Positions 24,801 to 36,395 of a DNA stretch of 64,000 bases are shown here, one piece after another (position 1 is the first letter of the stretch; every line of letters begins with the position of its first letter). The translations under genes and the position numbers were made by a program. The notes under the pieces were generated by a model. The model was not told the DNA's origin, made no database searches, and saw nothing but the letters and a program-made list of their open reading frames with translations. Source of the stretch: Betaproteobacteria bacterium (lineage in GTDB: Bacteria > Pseudomonadota > Gammaproteobacteria > Burkholderiales > Usitatibacteraceae); NCBI GenBank assembly GCA_016711875.1, contig JADJSD010000006.1, forward strand, positions 99,470 to 163,469, given 5' to 3'.

Positions 24801-26143
24801 ACCGTGAGGTTGGCCGAGTAGCCGCCGCCCGCCGCCGGCGAGAAGTTGAGGGTGATCGTGCAGGAAGCCGCCGGGGCGAGCGTCGCGCCGGTGGTGCACG
24901 TTCCGCCCGTCGCCGCGAAACTCGCCGCGTTCGCGCCGCTCAGGTTGAAGCTGCCGAGCGTGAGGTTGCTCGAACCGTCGTTGGTGGCGGTGAAGGTCAC
25001 GGTGGCGCTCGTGCCGCCCATCGCGACACTGCCGAAGTCCGCGCTGGCGGGCGTCACGGTGAGGATGCCGTTGTTGCCCTGCAAGGCGACGGAGCCGGAC
25101 GTGTCGTTCGACGTGACGGTGAGCCAGCCGAACTTCGCGCCCGTGGCGGCGGGCGTGAAGTCCACAACGAGGTTGCACGAGGCGCCCGGGGCGACAAGGG
25201 CGCCCGCGACACATTGGCCCGCGCCACCGGAGGTGACGGAGAAGTCGGATGCGTTGGCGCCCGAGATCGTGAAGGTGCCGAGCTGCAGGTCGGCCGTGCC
25301 CGTGTTGCTCACCACCACCGTCTGCGAGACGGCGGCGACGCCCACCGGCGTGTTGTAGCCCAGGCTCGTCGTGGACAGGTGCAGCTGGGGCAGCTGGATG
25401 GTGCCCGACGGCGGGACGACGGAAGAACCGAAGGCGTCGAAGAGCACGTAGCCGCCGTGGCCGCCCTGCGAGCAGCCGGCCGCGAGCACGTCGATCTCGA
25501 GCGTGTGGCCGAGAGACGAGTCCGGGACGACGACGTCCGTGTTGCGCCAGTTCGTGTAGAACCAGCCGCTGCCCGTGGCGAAGAACTTGGACGGGTCGCC
25601 GGCGTAGACGAATTCCTGCCAGAGTATCGTGCCCAGCGTCACGTCCTTGAGCTGCATGAACATGTACGGCTGTTGCGCTGGGCTGTGGCCCGCGGCCTCG
25701 AGGGCCGCCGCCCAGGCGAAGCGGATGTGCAGCTGGCCGTCGGTCGCGTCGCGGTCCGCGTTGGTGACCGTGTCCTGCTGCTTGATGCGGTTGTAGTTGT
25801 TGCTGTTGCCGTGGTCGCTCGTGTTGTTCGAGTTCACGATGACCGAGTACGACCCCAGCCGCGGCGACTGGATGGCGTTCAGGGTGTTGGCCACGGTCGC
25901 GCTGCCCAGTCGCGAGGTGAGCGTGCGGCCGTTGCCCGGTGTGAGGTTCAGGCTCGAGCCGTTGAACGGACCCGCGCCGGAAAGCGCGGCCGTGGTTCCC
26001 TTCTCGAATTTCCAGGGTCCCGAGTTGTCGAGGGGGAGGGCGCTTTCGAAGCCGCCATTGGTGAAGATGGCATGCGACAGCATCGGCATCGCGAGCAGCA
26101 ACAGGGCCGCGACCGCGGCGATCGACGTGGTGAAGCGCTTCAT
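21898..26143 (-). pseudogene. Giant secreted surface protein 2, a paralog of 17472-21730, with the frame broken at 5 or more places as assembled. Domains: CBM4_9-like N-terminal domain, 2 x choice-of-anchor-D-like domains, one Cys-motif + InlB-B-type module, Ig-like domains, FG-GAP/VCBS repeats.
   Basis: Start ATG (comp.) 26141-26143 with signal peptide MKRFTTSIAAVAALLLLAMPMLSHA, then IFTNGGFES. ORFs 24122..26143 and 21936..24164 are one gene. Joining them needs a 1-nt shift near 24231-24247 (...GTYAYHDADGDPAG / HSGSAYRFILSDDATLVTAGDN...). Three more switches occur within 23714-23830. A last one at the C6 run 21959-21964 leads to LYEGEAVIHLPTLRWSVIP* (stop comp. 21898-21900). Confidence 0.8.
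23818..23830. repeat. Homopolymer C13 (G13 on the coding strand) inside giant gene 2
   Basis: Read directly from the sequence: ...tcgcggg ccccccccccccc ggcggatgc... Confidence 0.95.
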
Positions 26144-26299
26144 GGGGGACCCTTCCCGATCTGGTAGGCAACGTGTTTACGGTTGCAAACAGGTCGGGCT
26201 TGAGGAGCCGCGCCAAATATTCGGAGAAAGGAGGGCTTCCCGGGGCGGTGACGCGAATGCGCCGGGCTTTAGAAAGCCATTTGAAACAGGGGGGTTGCG

Positions 26300-26849
26300 C
26301 TATCCGCGGTCGGCGGAATGGAGGCAGGAGGGTTCGATTGTCAGCGAATGCTCACCTGCCGACAGCCAGATCTGCCCTTCCTGCAGGGTGGCCTGCAGCT
26401 TCACGCGTTCCGCGCGGCGAGCTTCGCGCAGGCGCGCGTGATCTCCGGGGCAGCGCGATGACATCGAGGTTCTTCTGGCGCGAAAGCGCCTCGCCGTTCT
26501 GGCGCTACCCAGATCTCCGCACCAGTTCCGTAGACGAACACCGCGACCCGCTCGCGCGCCCGCAGGCCTTGCGGATCTCGCGCTCGTCCGGCAGGCCCAC
26601 GTCGATCCACAGGTCGATGGCGCCGGTGAGGTCCGTGAGCACCAGGTCGGCCTCGCCCTCGCTCGACAGGCCGCGGCCGAACTCGAGCCGCTCGTCGGCG
26701 TTCATCGCGAAGGCGAGCACGCGCACCATCATCCGCTCGTCGGTTTCGGACGGGTGGCGGGCGATCGTGAGCGCGTGCGTGGCGAAGTGGCCGCGGTCGA
26801 GGTCCGAGACGACGATCTCGGCCTTGAAGATGGTGGCCTTGAGGGCCAT
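26300..26849 (-). pseudogene. yaeQ: YaeQ-family protein, multiply frameshifted as assembled
   Basis: [99 protein letters not shown] is intact. The remainder ([15 protein letters not shown] / RQNGEALSRQKNLDVIALP / EITRACAKLAARN / KLQATLQEGQIWLSAGEHSLTIEP) is spread over three frames between about 26300 and 26570. Confidence 0.75.
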
Positions 26850-26853
26850 CGGG

Positions 26854-27149
26854 CTACTTCTTCTGCTGGGCTTGTCGGCCGGGGCGGTGAGCGCGGCGCG
26901 CAGGAGCGCATCGACGGTCTGGTTGATGTCCTCGCCGGCGGCTTCGGCGCGATCGCGCAGCTGCTTCACCAGGTCGCCGTGCAGCTTGCACGCGAAGGGA
27001 ACGAGGCCGGCGGCCGCGTCGAGCCGGCGCTGTTCCTTGCGGTCGGGCATCTGGGCCACGCCCTTGCCGTAGCGATCGGACACGCCGCCGTGGCGGACGG
27101 CATTCTCGGCCTTGAGGGCCGCGTTCTTGTGCAGGTCGGTGAGCTTCAT
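26854..27149 (-). CDS. Small hypothetical protein (about 98 aa), with the 3' end frameshifted into yaeQ as assembled
   Basis: ATG (comp.) 27147-27149 is preceded by GAGG. The protein reads [90 protein letters not shown].... A 1-nt shift near 26870 gives ...RQAQQKK* with its stop (comp. 26854-26856) 4 nt before the yaeQ ATG. Confidence 0.5.
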
Positions 27150-27233
27150 GGGGACTGCCTCGAATCGGGTAACCCGCCATTCTACGCGTGCGGGGGGCAG
27201 TAGAATGGCGCATTGCTCCCGAAAGACCCCGCC

Positions 27234-28692
27234 ATGACCGCCCGCCCGAACCTTTCCGCCATCGACCACGAGGCCCTCGCTCGCCGGATCGACCGCCAGT
27301 GGGATGCCGAAATCGTCCCGCAACTCGTCGAATACGTGCGTTTGCCCGCCAAAAGTCCCATTTCGACCTGGATTGGGAGAAGAACGGGCATATCGAGGCG
27401 GCCATCCAGCAGGCGCGCCGGTGGGGGGAAGCGCAGGGCGTGAAGGGCCCCGGCCCGAGATCGTGCGCATCGCCGGGCGCACGCCGGCCCTCTCTTCGAC
27501 ATTCCCGCCACCCGCGGCGCCTCGGACGAGCGCCCGGTGCCTTCTACGGCCACTCGACAAGCAGCCGGAAATGACGGGCTGGCGCGAGGGACTCGGCCTG
27601 GATCCCCGTCTTCGAGGACGGCAAGCTCTACGGTCGAGGCGGCGCGGACGACGGCTACGCGGTCTTCGCGGCCCCTGGCGGCCATGATTGCCTCGATGCG
27701 GAAGGCATCGCCCGGCCGCGCTGCGTGGGCCTTATCGAGACGTGCGAGGAAAGCGGCAGCTCGACCTGCCCGCGTACCTCGACCTCCTCGCGCCGCGCAT
27801 GGGCGAGGTGGCGCTGGTCGTCGCCCTGGACTCCGGCGCGCGGCAACTACGAGCAGCTCTGGGTCACGACCCGCTGCGCGGCCTCGTGAACGGCACGCTC
27901 GAGGTGAGCATCCTCGACGAAGGCGTGCACTCGGGCGACGCGGGCGGCATCGTGCCTCGTCCTTCCGCATCGCGCGGCAGGTGCTCGATCGCATCGACGA
28001 TTCGCGCACGGGCGTGGTGAAGCCCGCGGCCTTCAACTGCGACAGTTCCCGCCGACCGCCCCTCGCGCAGGCGCAGCAGGCGGCGGGCGATCCGGGCGAT
28101 TCGGTCTGGAAGCGTTTCCCGTGGGCGGCGTGTTGCGACGACCACGGCACGGCCTCGCTCTTCGCCGAACCGGTGACGAAGGATCCGACCGAACTGGTGC
28201 TGAACCGCACCTGGCGCGCGGCCCTGGCGGTCACCGGGCGCCGATGGACTTCCGCCCAGGGGCCCGCTGGCAACGTGCAGCGCCCTCACGACGAAGCTGT
28301 CGCTGCGCATCCCGCCGCTCGTCGATGGCCCCGCCGCGGTGCGCACCTGAAGGGGAGCGCTCGAGGCGGATCCGCCCTACAACGCGCGCGTGGTCTTCGA
28401 GGGCGATTCGGCCGCCACCGGCTGGAACGCGCCGCCGGCCGCGCCTTGGCTCTCGGCGGCTCCTCGACGCCGCCTCGATGGCGAATTCCGGCAGCCCGCC
28501 GCCTACATGGGCGAAGGCGGCACGATTCCCTTCATGGGCATGCTGGGCGTGAAGTTCCCGAACGCGCAGATGCTCGTCACTGGCGTGCTGGGCCCGAAAT
28601 CGAACGCGCACGGCCCCAACGAGTTCCTGCACGTGCCCTATGCCAAGCGCGTCACCGTCGCCACCGCGATGGTGGTGGCCGCCGCGCCTTGA
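27234..28692 (+). pseudogene. M20-family metallopeptidase (dipeptidase-like), heavily frameshifted as assembled
   Basis: Fragments across three frames: [42 protein letters not shown] / [22 protein letters not shown] / [19 protein letters not shown] / [17 protein letters not shown] / [14 protein letters not shown] / LEVSILDEGVHSGDAGGIVP / AYMGEGGTIPFMGMLGVKFPNAQMLVTGVLGPKSNAHGPNEFLHVPYAKRVTVATAMVVAAAP*. Confidence 0.8.
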
Positions 28693-28697
28693 GGGAG

Positions 28698-29756
28698 GTG
28701 CTCGCGGCGATCGCGCTCGGGGCGATCGCGCCGGGCGCGTCTGCCGCGCCCACGGCGGAAGCGCTCGAGGCCTCGCGCAGCGCTTCCCGGCGATCGCGCC
28801 GCGGAGCGCGGTAAGGCCCGTTTCGAGTCGATGCTGGCGCCCGCTCCTTGGCGCCCGCGCGGCCCGCCGAGCCTGCGGCGCGCACGATGCCCACCACGGA
28901 CCTCGGCCTGGACAGGGCGCTTCGGCCTCGCAGTTCCGCCGCCTGTGGGCGACGCCAAGGAGCGCCTGGTCCGACGCCGGGGAGTACCACGGCACTATTT
29001 CCCGCCCGCCTTCCGCGCGAAGAACCCCAGCCTCGTGGCCGTGCGGGCGGGCGAGGGCGCGACGCCTGTGCTCCTGCCTTCGGAACGCCAGGCGACCGAG
29101 GCCAAGTTCCAGTTCTCGTTCAGGGGCCATCTCTGGCCCCAGGACGATCGCGGTCGCCACGACCTGTGGTTCGGCTACACGCAGGTTTCCCATTGGCAGC
29201 TCTGGAACGGCGACGCCTCGCGTCCCTTCCGCGAGTCGAGCTACGAGCCCGAACTCATCTACACCTACGAGCCGGCGCGCCTCGACTGGGCCGGTTGGCG
29301 CGTGGGGCACTTCGGGCTCTCGCTCAACCACAACTCGAACGGGCAGGGCGGGGAACTCGCGCAGCTGGAACCGCGCCATCGCCTTCGTGCGCGCGGAGAA
29401 GGGTTCGACGCTCGTCACCCTGCGCGCATGGACGCGCCTGCGCGAGAACGGCATCGACGACAACCCGGACATCGAGGACTACTACGGTCGCGCGGACCTG
29501 CAGGTCTCCCGGGTCTTCGCGAACGGCATGCAACTCACGGCCACGGGGCGGCATACGCTGCGCACCGGCGCCCGCAACCGCGGGGCAATCCAGCTGGACC
29601 TCTCCGCGCCCCTGTGCCGGGATTCCTGACCGGCGTGGATCGCGTCGACAGCGCGCGCTACGTGCAGGGCTACCACGGGTACGCCGAGAGCCTCATCGAC
29701 TACAACCGCAAGGACAGCTACCCGGGAATGGGCTGTCGATAGGCGAATCGCGCTGA
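28698..29756 (+). pseudogene. pldA: Outer-membrane phospholipase A (OMPLA/PldA-type), heavily frameshifted as assembled
   Basis: Fragments: signal-like VLAAIALGAIAPGASAA; EAKFQFSFRGHLWP...LWFGYTQVSHWQLWNGDASRPFRESSYEPELIYTYE...GHFGLSLNHNSNGQGGE / SRSWNRAIAFVRAEKGSTLVTLRAWTRLRENGIDDNPDIEDYYGRADLQV / YVQGYHGYAESLIDYNRKD. The exact start and stop are uncertain. Confidence 0.7.
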
Positions 29757-29812
29757 AACGACCGTTTACCTCGAGTGACGGGCCGCGCGGGACGGAGCGC
29801 TATCAGGGCGCC

Positions 29813-31039
29813 ATGAGCGCATCGCCGACCCCTCCCCGCCGGCCGCCGCCGCTTCCCGCCCTTGTCATCGTCGCCTTCCCGGGCGCTGGCCGCGCTGGGT
29901 GCCTGGTGGCTCGCACGGGACAGAGCCCGCAGGCCGCCGCCAAGACCGGTCCCGCGGCCGTGCCCGTCACCGCCGCCGTCGTCGAGAAGCGCGATGTCCC
30001 GGTCACCGCGCGGAAACGGCTCCGGCGATCGCGATCCAGTCGGTTGACCTGCGTGCGCAAGTGACCAGCACCGTGCGCGAGGTGCACATCCGCGAGGGGC
30101 AGAACGTGAACAAGGGCGACCTGCTCGTTCCTCGACTCGCGCGCGGACGAAGGCCAACGTGAAGAAGGCGGAGGCGCAGGTGCAGAAGGACCTCGCGGAC
30201 CTCGCCAACGCGAAGCGCACGCTCGAGCGCCAAGCAGCTCTTCGCGCAGAAATTCATCGCCCAGTCGGCGCTCGATGCGGCCGAGAACCAGGCCGCCTCG
30301 CTCGAGGGGCAACTCGCGGTGGACCGCGCGGCGGCGGAATCGGCCAAGGTCTCGCTCGCCTACACGCAGATCCGCGCGAGCTTCGCCGGGCCGCACCGGG
30401 GCCATCGGCGTGCGCCCGGGCAGCGTCGTGCAGCCCAACGGCGCGGTGCTGGTCACGGTGACGCAGATCGACCCCATCCAGGTCGCCTTCACGCTGCCGG
30501 AAAAGGAATCGCCTGGCCTCGCGAGGGCGATCGCCGCCGGACCGGTCGAAGCCTCGATCACGTCGACGACGATGCCCGGCAGCTCAAGGGGCGCGTGAAC
30601 TTCGTGGACAACGCCGTGGACACCACGACCGGCTTTGATCCGCGCAAGGCGCAGTTCGAGAACCGCGACGCGCCTGTGGCCCGGCATGTACGTCTCGGTC
30701 GCGCTCTCGCCGCGCACGCTCGAGGGCCGCCTCCCGTCGTCCCGGTGCAGGCCCGTGCAGACCGGCCCCGACAGCCGCTCCGTGGCCGTGATCGGCGAGG
30801 AGCGCAAGGTGAGCGCCAAGCTGCTCGTCGTCGCCCCACCTCGACCGGGGCTTCGCGGCCATCACCGGCGTGGACCCCGCGCCCGCGTCGTCGTCGAGGG
30901 CGCACAGAACCTGCGGCCCGGAAGCCTCGTTTCCGTCGGGGAGCCGCCGCGGCGGGTGAAGGGCAGGGCGGGCAAGAGCGGGAGGAACGGGGCGCCGACG
31001 GCGGCGCGCCCCGTCGATGCGGGCAGACGAAAGCGCTGA
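29813..31039 (+). pseudogene. RND efflux membrane-fusion (periplasmic adaptor) subunit, heavily frameshifted as assembled
   Basis: Fragments: VPVTAAVVEKRDVPV / IQSVDLRAQVTSTVREVHIREGQNVNKGDLL / VKKAEAQVQKDLADLANAKRTLER / AQSALDAAENQAASLEGQLAVDRAAAESAKVSLAYTQIRASFAG / GAIGVRPGSVVQPNGAVLVTVTQIDPIQVAFTLPEKE / LKGRVNFVDNAVDTTTG / WPGMYVSVAL / VVVEGAQNLRPGSLVSV. Confidence 0.75.
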
Positions 31040-34000
31040 ACTTCTCCGGAGCCCTTCATCCGCCGTCCGGTGATGACGGTGCTGCTCTCGGCCTCGCTGG
31101 TCGGCCGGCCTCATCGCCTACGACCAGATCCCCATCGCGGCGCTGCCCAAGTTCGACACGCCCACCATCCAGGTGAACAGGGACCTGCCGGGCGCGAGCC
31201 CGGAGAACATGGCCTCGTCGGTCGCGACGCCCCTCGAAGCAGTTCGCGACGATCTCGGGCGTGAGCGTGATCACCTCCTCGTCGACGCTCCGGCAACACG
31301 CAGGTGACGCTCCGAGTTCACCAGGACCGCGATATCGACAAAGGCGGCGGTCGATGTGCAGCCGCCGCGCTTCCGGGCGCAGAGGAACCTGCCGATCCAG
31401 ATGACGAATCCGCCGTCCACCGCAAGGTGAACCCGGCGGACGCGCCCATCATCTTCGTCACCCTCACCTCTCGCCGTCGATGCCGCTGTCGGAGCTCAAC
31501 GGCTTCGCGGAGAACCTCATCTCGCCGACGCTCTCGACGCTCTCGGGCGTGGCGCAGGTGAACATCAACGGGCAGGAAGCGCTTCGCCGTCGGGTGACGG
31601 CGCGGCCGACGCGCTCGCGATCCGAGGCCTCACGCTCGACGACATCGCGACGGCGCTGCACCCTGCCAACGCCAACACGCCCGTGGGGCACTCCCGAAGG
31701 CCCGCGGGAACGCTCACGATCCAGGCGAACCGGCAGGATGTCAAGGCGGCCGGAGTTCGCGCGCATCATCGTCGCCACCCTCCCGGGCGGCCGGGCGGGT
31801 AGCGCCTCGAGGACGTGGCCGACGTCGAGGACAGCGTCGAATCCGACAAGACCGAGCTGGGCCAACGGCGAGCACGCGCCATCACGCTGTCGATCCAGCG
31901 CCAGCCGACGCCAACACCGTCGAGACGGTGGACGCCATCAAAGCGGCCATCCGGGCCTCGTCGACCAGATGCCGGGCTCGGTGAAGCTCTCCACCATCCG
32001 CAACGACCGCTCGCAGTCGATCCGCGAGGCGATCCACGACGAAGGTGACGCTCGGGATCACCATCGGGCTGGTCGTGCTGGTGATCTTCCTCTTCCTGCG
32101 CCACCCGACGGCGACGCTCATCCCGGTGCTCTCGCTGCCGATCTCGCTGCTGGGCACCATCACGCTCATGAAGGCGATGGGCTACACGCTGGACAACGTG
32201 TCGCTCCTGGGCATCACGCTCGCCGTGGGCCTGGTGGTCGACGACGCCATCGTGATGCCCGAGAACATCATGCGGCACGTGGAGGAGGGCGAGACGCCGA
32301 TGCGCGCGGCGCTCCGCGGGTTCGAAGGAGATGGGGTTCACCATCGTCTCCATCTCGCTTTCGCTCGTGGCGGTCTTCATCCCCATCTTCTTCATGCCGG
32401 GCGTGATCGGCGGGCTCTTCCACGAGTTCGCGGTGGTGGTGGCCGCTCGCGATCCTGGTCTCGGCGGGCGTCTCCTCACGCTCATCCCGATGCTCGGGGC
32501 GCGGTTCCTGCACCGTACCCGCGAGGACGACCCGTCGCTGCGCTGGACGGCGTGGTTCGAGCGGCTCTTCCGCGCGACGCTCGCCTTCTACTGCCGCGCA
32601 CGCTCGAGTGGTGCCTCGTGCACCGCGGCGGCGTGCTGGCCGGTGGCGGGGCGACCTCGTCGCCACGGTCGCCCTCTTCGTCACGATGCCCAAGGGGCTT
32701 CTTCCCGCAGGAGGACCTGGGGCAGGTCTCGTCGTCACCTGTGGAAGCCGTCGAGGACATCTCCTTTCCCCGGCGATGCGACGCTGCTGCAGCAGGTCAG
32801 CAAGGCCATCGGGATCACCCGGCCGTGCTGTCGGTCATCGTGAACGCCTCCGACTCGAACAGGGCGCATCTTCATCAACCTGAAGGGGCTGCGCGAGGCG
32901 CGCGCCGATGCGCAAGGTCCTCGAGGCCTGCGGCGCGGTGCGCAAGATTCCCGGGGTCGCCGTCTACTCCCATCCATCCGAACCTCCGCCTCGGCGAGCG
33001 CATCAACAAGGCGCGCTACCAGTTCGTCCTGAAGAGCGTGGACGATCGCGGCCTGCAGGAAGGCGCCACCCGCATCATGGCCCTCATGCGCTCGGACGGG
33101 GCCTACCGCGACGTGACGAGCGATTCGCAGCTGCCAGGCCTCCAGGCGCAGCTCAGCATCGACCGGGACAAGGCGAACGCGCTGGGCGTGCAGGTCGGGA
33201 CATCCGCGGCGCCCTCTACAGCGCGTTCGGCGAGCGGCGGGTCTCCACCATCTTCACGGCGACCGGCTCCTACGCGGTCATCCTGCAGGCCGGCACCAAC
33301 GACCGCGTGGACGAAGGCGCCTTCGGCAAGATCCACCTGCGCGCCAAGGGCGGCGCCCTGGTGCCGCTCACCTCGATCGCGAGCGTGGGCGCGAAGGTGG
33401 GCCCGGTGTCCATCAACCACCGGGGCCAGCTGCAGGCAATCCACGATCTCGTTCAACCTCGCGCCCGGCGCCTCCAGGCGAGGCCGCGAAGAAGCTGGAG
33501 CGGTTCAAGTCCGAGGCGGGCCTGCCTCGATCATCCCACCGGATGGGGCGGCGACGCGGCCGCCTTCCAGGCCTCCCAGTCGAGCCAGGTGTGGCTCATC
33601 ATCGGCGCGCTCCTCGTGATCTACGTGCTGCTGGGCGTGCTCTACGAGAGCTACATCCACCCCATCACCATCCTGGCGGGACTGCCTTCGGCCGCCGTTG
33701 GCGCGCTCGTCACGCTGTGGCTCTTCCGGCATGGACATCTCGATCATCGCGGTGATCAGCGTCCTGATCCTCATCGGCATCGTCAAGAAGAACGCGATCA
33801 TGATGATCGACTTCGCGCTCGAGGCGCAGCGCACGCGCTCACTCGCCCCGCCGCGGCCATCCACGAGGCCTGCCTGCTGCGCTTCCGGCCGATCACGATG
33901 ACGACCTCCGGCGCTCGCTGGGCGCCCTGCCGATCGCCCTCGGCCTGGGCGCGGGCGCGGGCTTCGCCAGCCGCTCGGCCTCGCCTGTGGTGGGCGGCCT

Positions 34001-34064
34001 GCTGCTCTCGCGGGCCGTGACGCTCTACATCACGCCCGTCATCTACCTCGCGCTCGACCGCTAG
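31037..34064 (+). pseudogene. RND (HAE1, MdtB/C-like) efflux permease, shredded by dozens of indels as assembled
   Basis: Fragments in all three frames: NFSGA / FIRRPVMTVLLSASLV / AGLIAYDQIPIAALPKFDTPTIQVNRDLPGASPENMASSVATPLE / YRKVNPADAPIIFVTLTS / MPLSELNGFAENLISPTLSTLSGVAQVNING / VTLGITIGLVVLVIFLFLRHPTATLIPVLSLPISLLGTITLMKAMGYTLDNVSLLGITLAVGLVVDDAIVMPENIMRHVEEGETPMRAAL / GFTIVSISLSLVAVFIPIFFMPGVIGGLFHEFAVVV / ...GGLLLSRAVTLYITPVIYLALDR* (TAG 34062-34064). Confidence 0.8.
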
Positions 34065-34199
34065 TCGGCCGCAGGCCGGTGCCGGTGGAGTCAGTGCTTC
34101 CGGGGCGCAGCCGCCGATTAGTCCGCGTTGACGCGGATCAGGCCGCGCAGGCCGCGCTGCGCGAAAGATGGACTTTTCACCCCCGATTCGAGCCGAGCC

Positions 34200-35340
34200 A
34201 TGGCCACGACACCGACGTCCCGCTGCAAAGCGGATCCGCAAACGCCCTTCCGCGACCACCGGCGGCGGGCACGGCGAACCGCGCCCGCCCGGCACGGCGC
34301 GCCCGGGACCGCGCCGCACGGCCGGGGGGACACGCCCCCGTGCTGGAACCCGCCGCGATCGAGGCGTTCACCGTCGAGCAGGCCGGCGCGGCGGCCGACG
34401 AGCACGGTGGGCGCGATCCGCGACCTCCTCGAAGGCACGAGCCGTCGGATGCCGTGCGCGTCCTCCGCTCCGTGCTCGAGCAACAGCGCGGCCTGGACAA
34501 TCTCGCGCCGGGCCGCGGACCGCGAAGCTCGCCGACAACTGGCAGGAAGGCGGCTACCCCTACAGACCTGCTCTCCCGCAAGAGCTACGAGCGGCAGAAG
34601 TACCGCCTGCAGGTGGAACTGCTCAAAGCTCAGGCGTGGGTCGAAGGACACGGGCCAGCGCGTCATCGTGCTCTTCGAGGGCGCGATGCCGCGGGCAAGA
34701 GCCGGAACCATCAAGCGTTTCACGGAGCACCTGAACCCCCGCGCGCGCGCGTGGTGGCGCTCGAGAAACCCACGATCGAGGAGCGCGGCCCAGTGGTACT
34801 TCCAGCGCTACGTGGAGCACCTGCCGACGGCCGGCGAGATCGTCCTGTTCGACCGCAGCTGGTACAACCGCGCCGGCGTCGAGCGCGTGATGGGCTTCTG
34901 CACCGACGCCGAGTACCAGGAGTTCATGCGCCAGGCGCCGGAGTTCGAGCGCATGCTGGTGCGGCAGGGCATTCACGTCTTCAAGTTCTGGTTCTCGGTG
35001 AGCCGCCGGGAGCAGCGCCGCCGGTTCAAGGAGCGCGAGGGCCAACCGCTCAAGCGCTGGAAGCTCTCGCCCATCGACAAGGCCTCTCTCGACAAGTGGG
35101 ACGACTACACGCGCCAAGGAGGCGATGTTCTTCCACACCCGACACCACGGACGCGCCGTGGATCGTGATCAAGAGCGATTGCAAGCGCGCGCGACTGAAC
35201 GCCATGCGCTACCTGCTGCACAAGCTTCCCTATGCGCGCAAGGACCCGACATCATCGGCGCGCTCGATCCGCTCCTCGTGGGCCGGGCGCAGGTGATCTT
35301 CGAGCAGGGCGAGCACGTCGCCTCGATGCCTTCGCCATGA
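34200..35340 (+). pseudogene. ppk2: Polyphosphate kinase 2 (PPK2), frameshifted several times as assembled
   Basis: Fragments: SYERQKYRLQVELLKAQAWV / DTGQRVIVLFEG / RDAAGKS / GTIKRFTEHLNPR / ARVVALEKPTIEERG / QWYFQRYVEHLPTAGEIVLFDRSWYNRAGVERVMGFCTDAEYQEFMRQAPEFERMLVRQGIHVFKFWFSVSRREQRRRFKEREGQPLKRWKLSPIDKASLDKWDDYT / DTTDAPWIVIKSDCKRARLNAMRYLLHKLPYARKDP. The start is approximate. Confidence 0.75.
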
Positions 35341-36080
35341 CGGGCGGCCCGGTGACCGCGCGCCGCGCGGCGGCGGCGATCGTCGCCGTCGCGGCGCATG
35401 CCAGGACAGCGGGGCGCTGCCAGGCGGGACGCGCGACTGGCTCGTCGAGCTGAAGCGCCAGACACCAGTCGCGGAACCGCCGAGTCGACACCGCAGGTGA
35501 AGATCGACGCCTGCTCGGGGCCGCTTCGCCTTCGCGCGGCTCGAGCTGCCCTTTCCCGACCGACCGATTCCGAAGGCGCGTTCGATCCCCGGTTGGGCGA
35601 CGTGAAGGCGCGGCTTGCCTGCCAGGCGGTGACGGTCGGCGGGCCGGCTTTCCGAGCTACATGGACCGACCTTTCCCACCGGCGACCCGGATTCGCTGGG
35701 CACCGGCAAGTACCAGTGGCCGGCCGGCGTGCATACTCGCTGCCGCTGGGCGCGGGGCCCGGCGGCACGCAGCCTCGACCTCGCTGCAGGGCGAGCCAGG
35801 CCGTCTCGTTCGGTGGCGATGCGGCGCGCAAGGACGCCCACCAGACCAAGTTCGAATGGGACTGGCGCCTGGACCACCGGCCGGCCATTTCGCGAAGCTG
35901 GTCGCCAAAGCCGACATCGACTGGACGCAGGATGGCAAGACCGGCGCCGTCCTGGAGCTCGAAGGCGGCGGGCCGTCTCGCGAGACTGGACGCTCATCCT
36001 GCTGGGCGGCGGGCTCCTCTGGGGCGAGGGCGTTCCGGGACCTACGGACGCCGCGTGGAGATCGTCTTCGCTTCGCTTTT
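35337..36080 (+). pseudogene. Degraded ORF for a secreted protein of unknown function
   Basis: ATG 35337 overlaps the ppk2 stop (ATGA), and the N-terminus is signal-like (MTGGPVTARRAAAAIVAVAAHA). Sensible peptide stretches are scattered over three frames (RFAFARLELPFPDRPIP, GKYQWPAGVHT, FGGDAARKDAHQTKFEWDWRLD, FAKLVAKADIDWTQDGKTGAVLELEGGG, DWTLILLGGGLLWGEG). No family was recognised. Confidence 0.35.
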
Positions 36081-36395
36081 GACCGCCGGCGGCGCGCGCA
36101 CACCACGACGACGCGTACGCGGTTGGGCGCGGACCGGAGGTTGAACGGCACGGCCGTGCTCTTGCCGCCCTTCACCGTGACGGTCTTCGTGACGGGGTGT
36201 CGAGGCCCGTGGCGATCGAGGCCTTGCAGGTCGCGTTCGCCTTTCCTTGCTCACGAACGTGACGACCAGGGGCGTGCCCGCCGAGGCCTTCACCTCGATG
36301 GCGAGGCCGTTCGTCTTCGCGTCGATCTCGACGGGATAGGTGGCGGCGGCGGGCGAGGCGGCAAGGCACAGCAGGGCGGCAAGGGCGGATCGCAT
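36042..36395 (-). pseudogene. Small secreted protein of unknown function, frameshifted as assembled
   Basis: ATG (comp.) 36393-36395. [51 protein letters not shown], then GKANATCKASIATGLDTP, then VTKTVTVKGGKSTAVPFNLRSAPNRVRVVVV lie in three different frames. The 3' end is uncertain. Confidence 0.4.

Noticed and set aside
26331-26339. GGTTCGATT, resembling a tRNA T-arm
   Set aside because: It lies inside the yaeQ reading frame (…SLTIEPS…). No acceptor, D or anticodon stems can be drawn around it.
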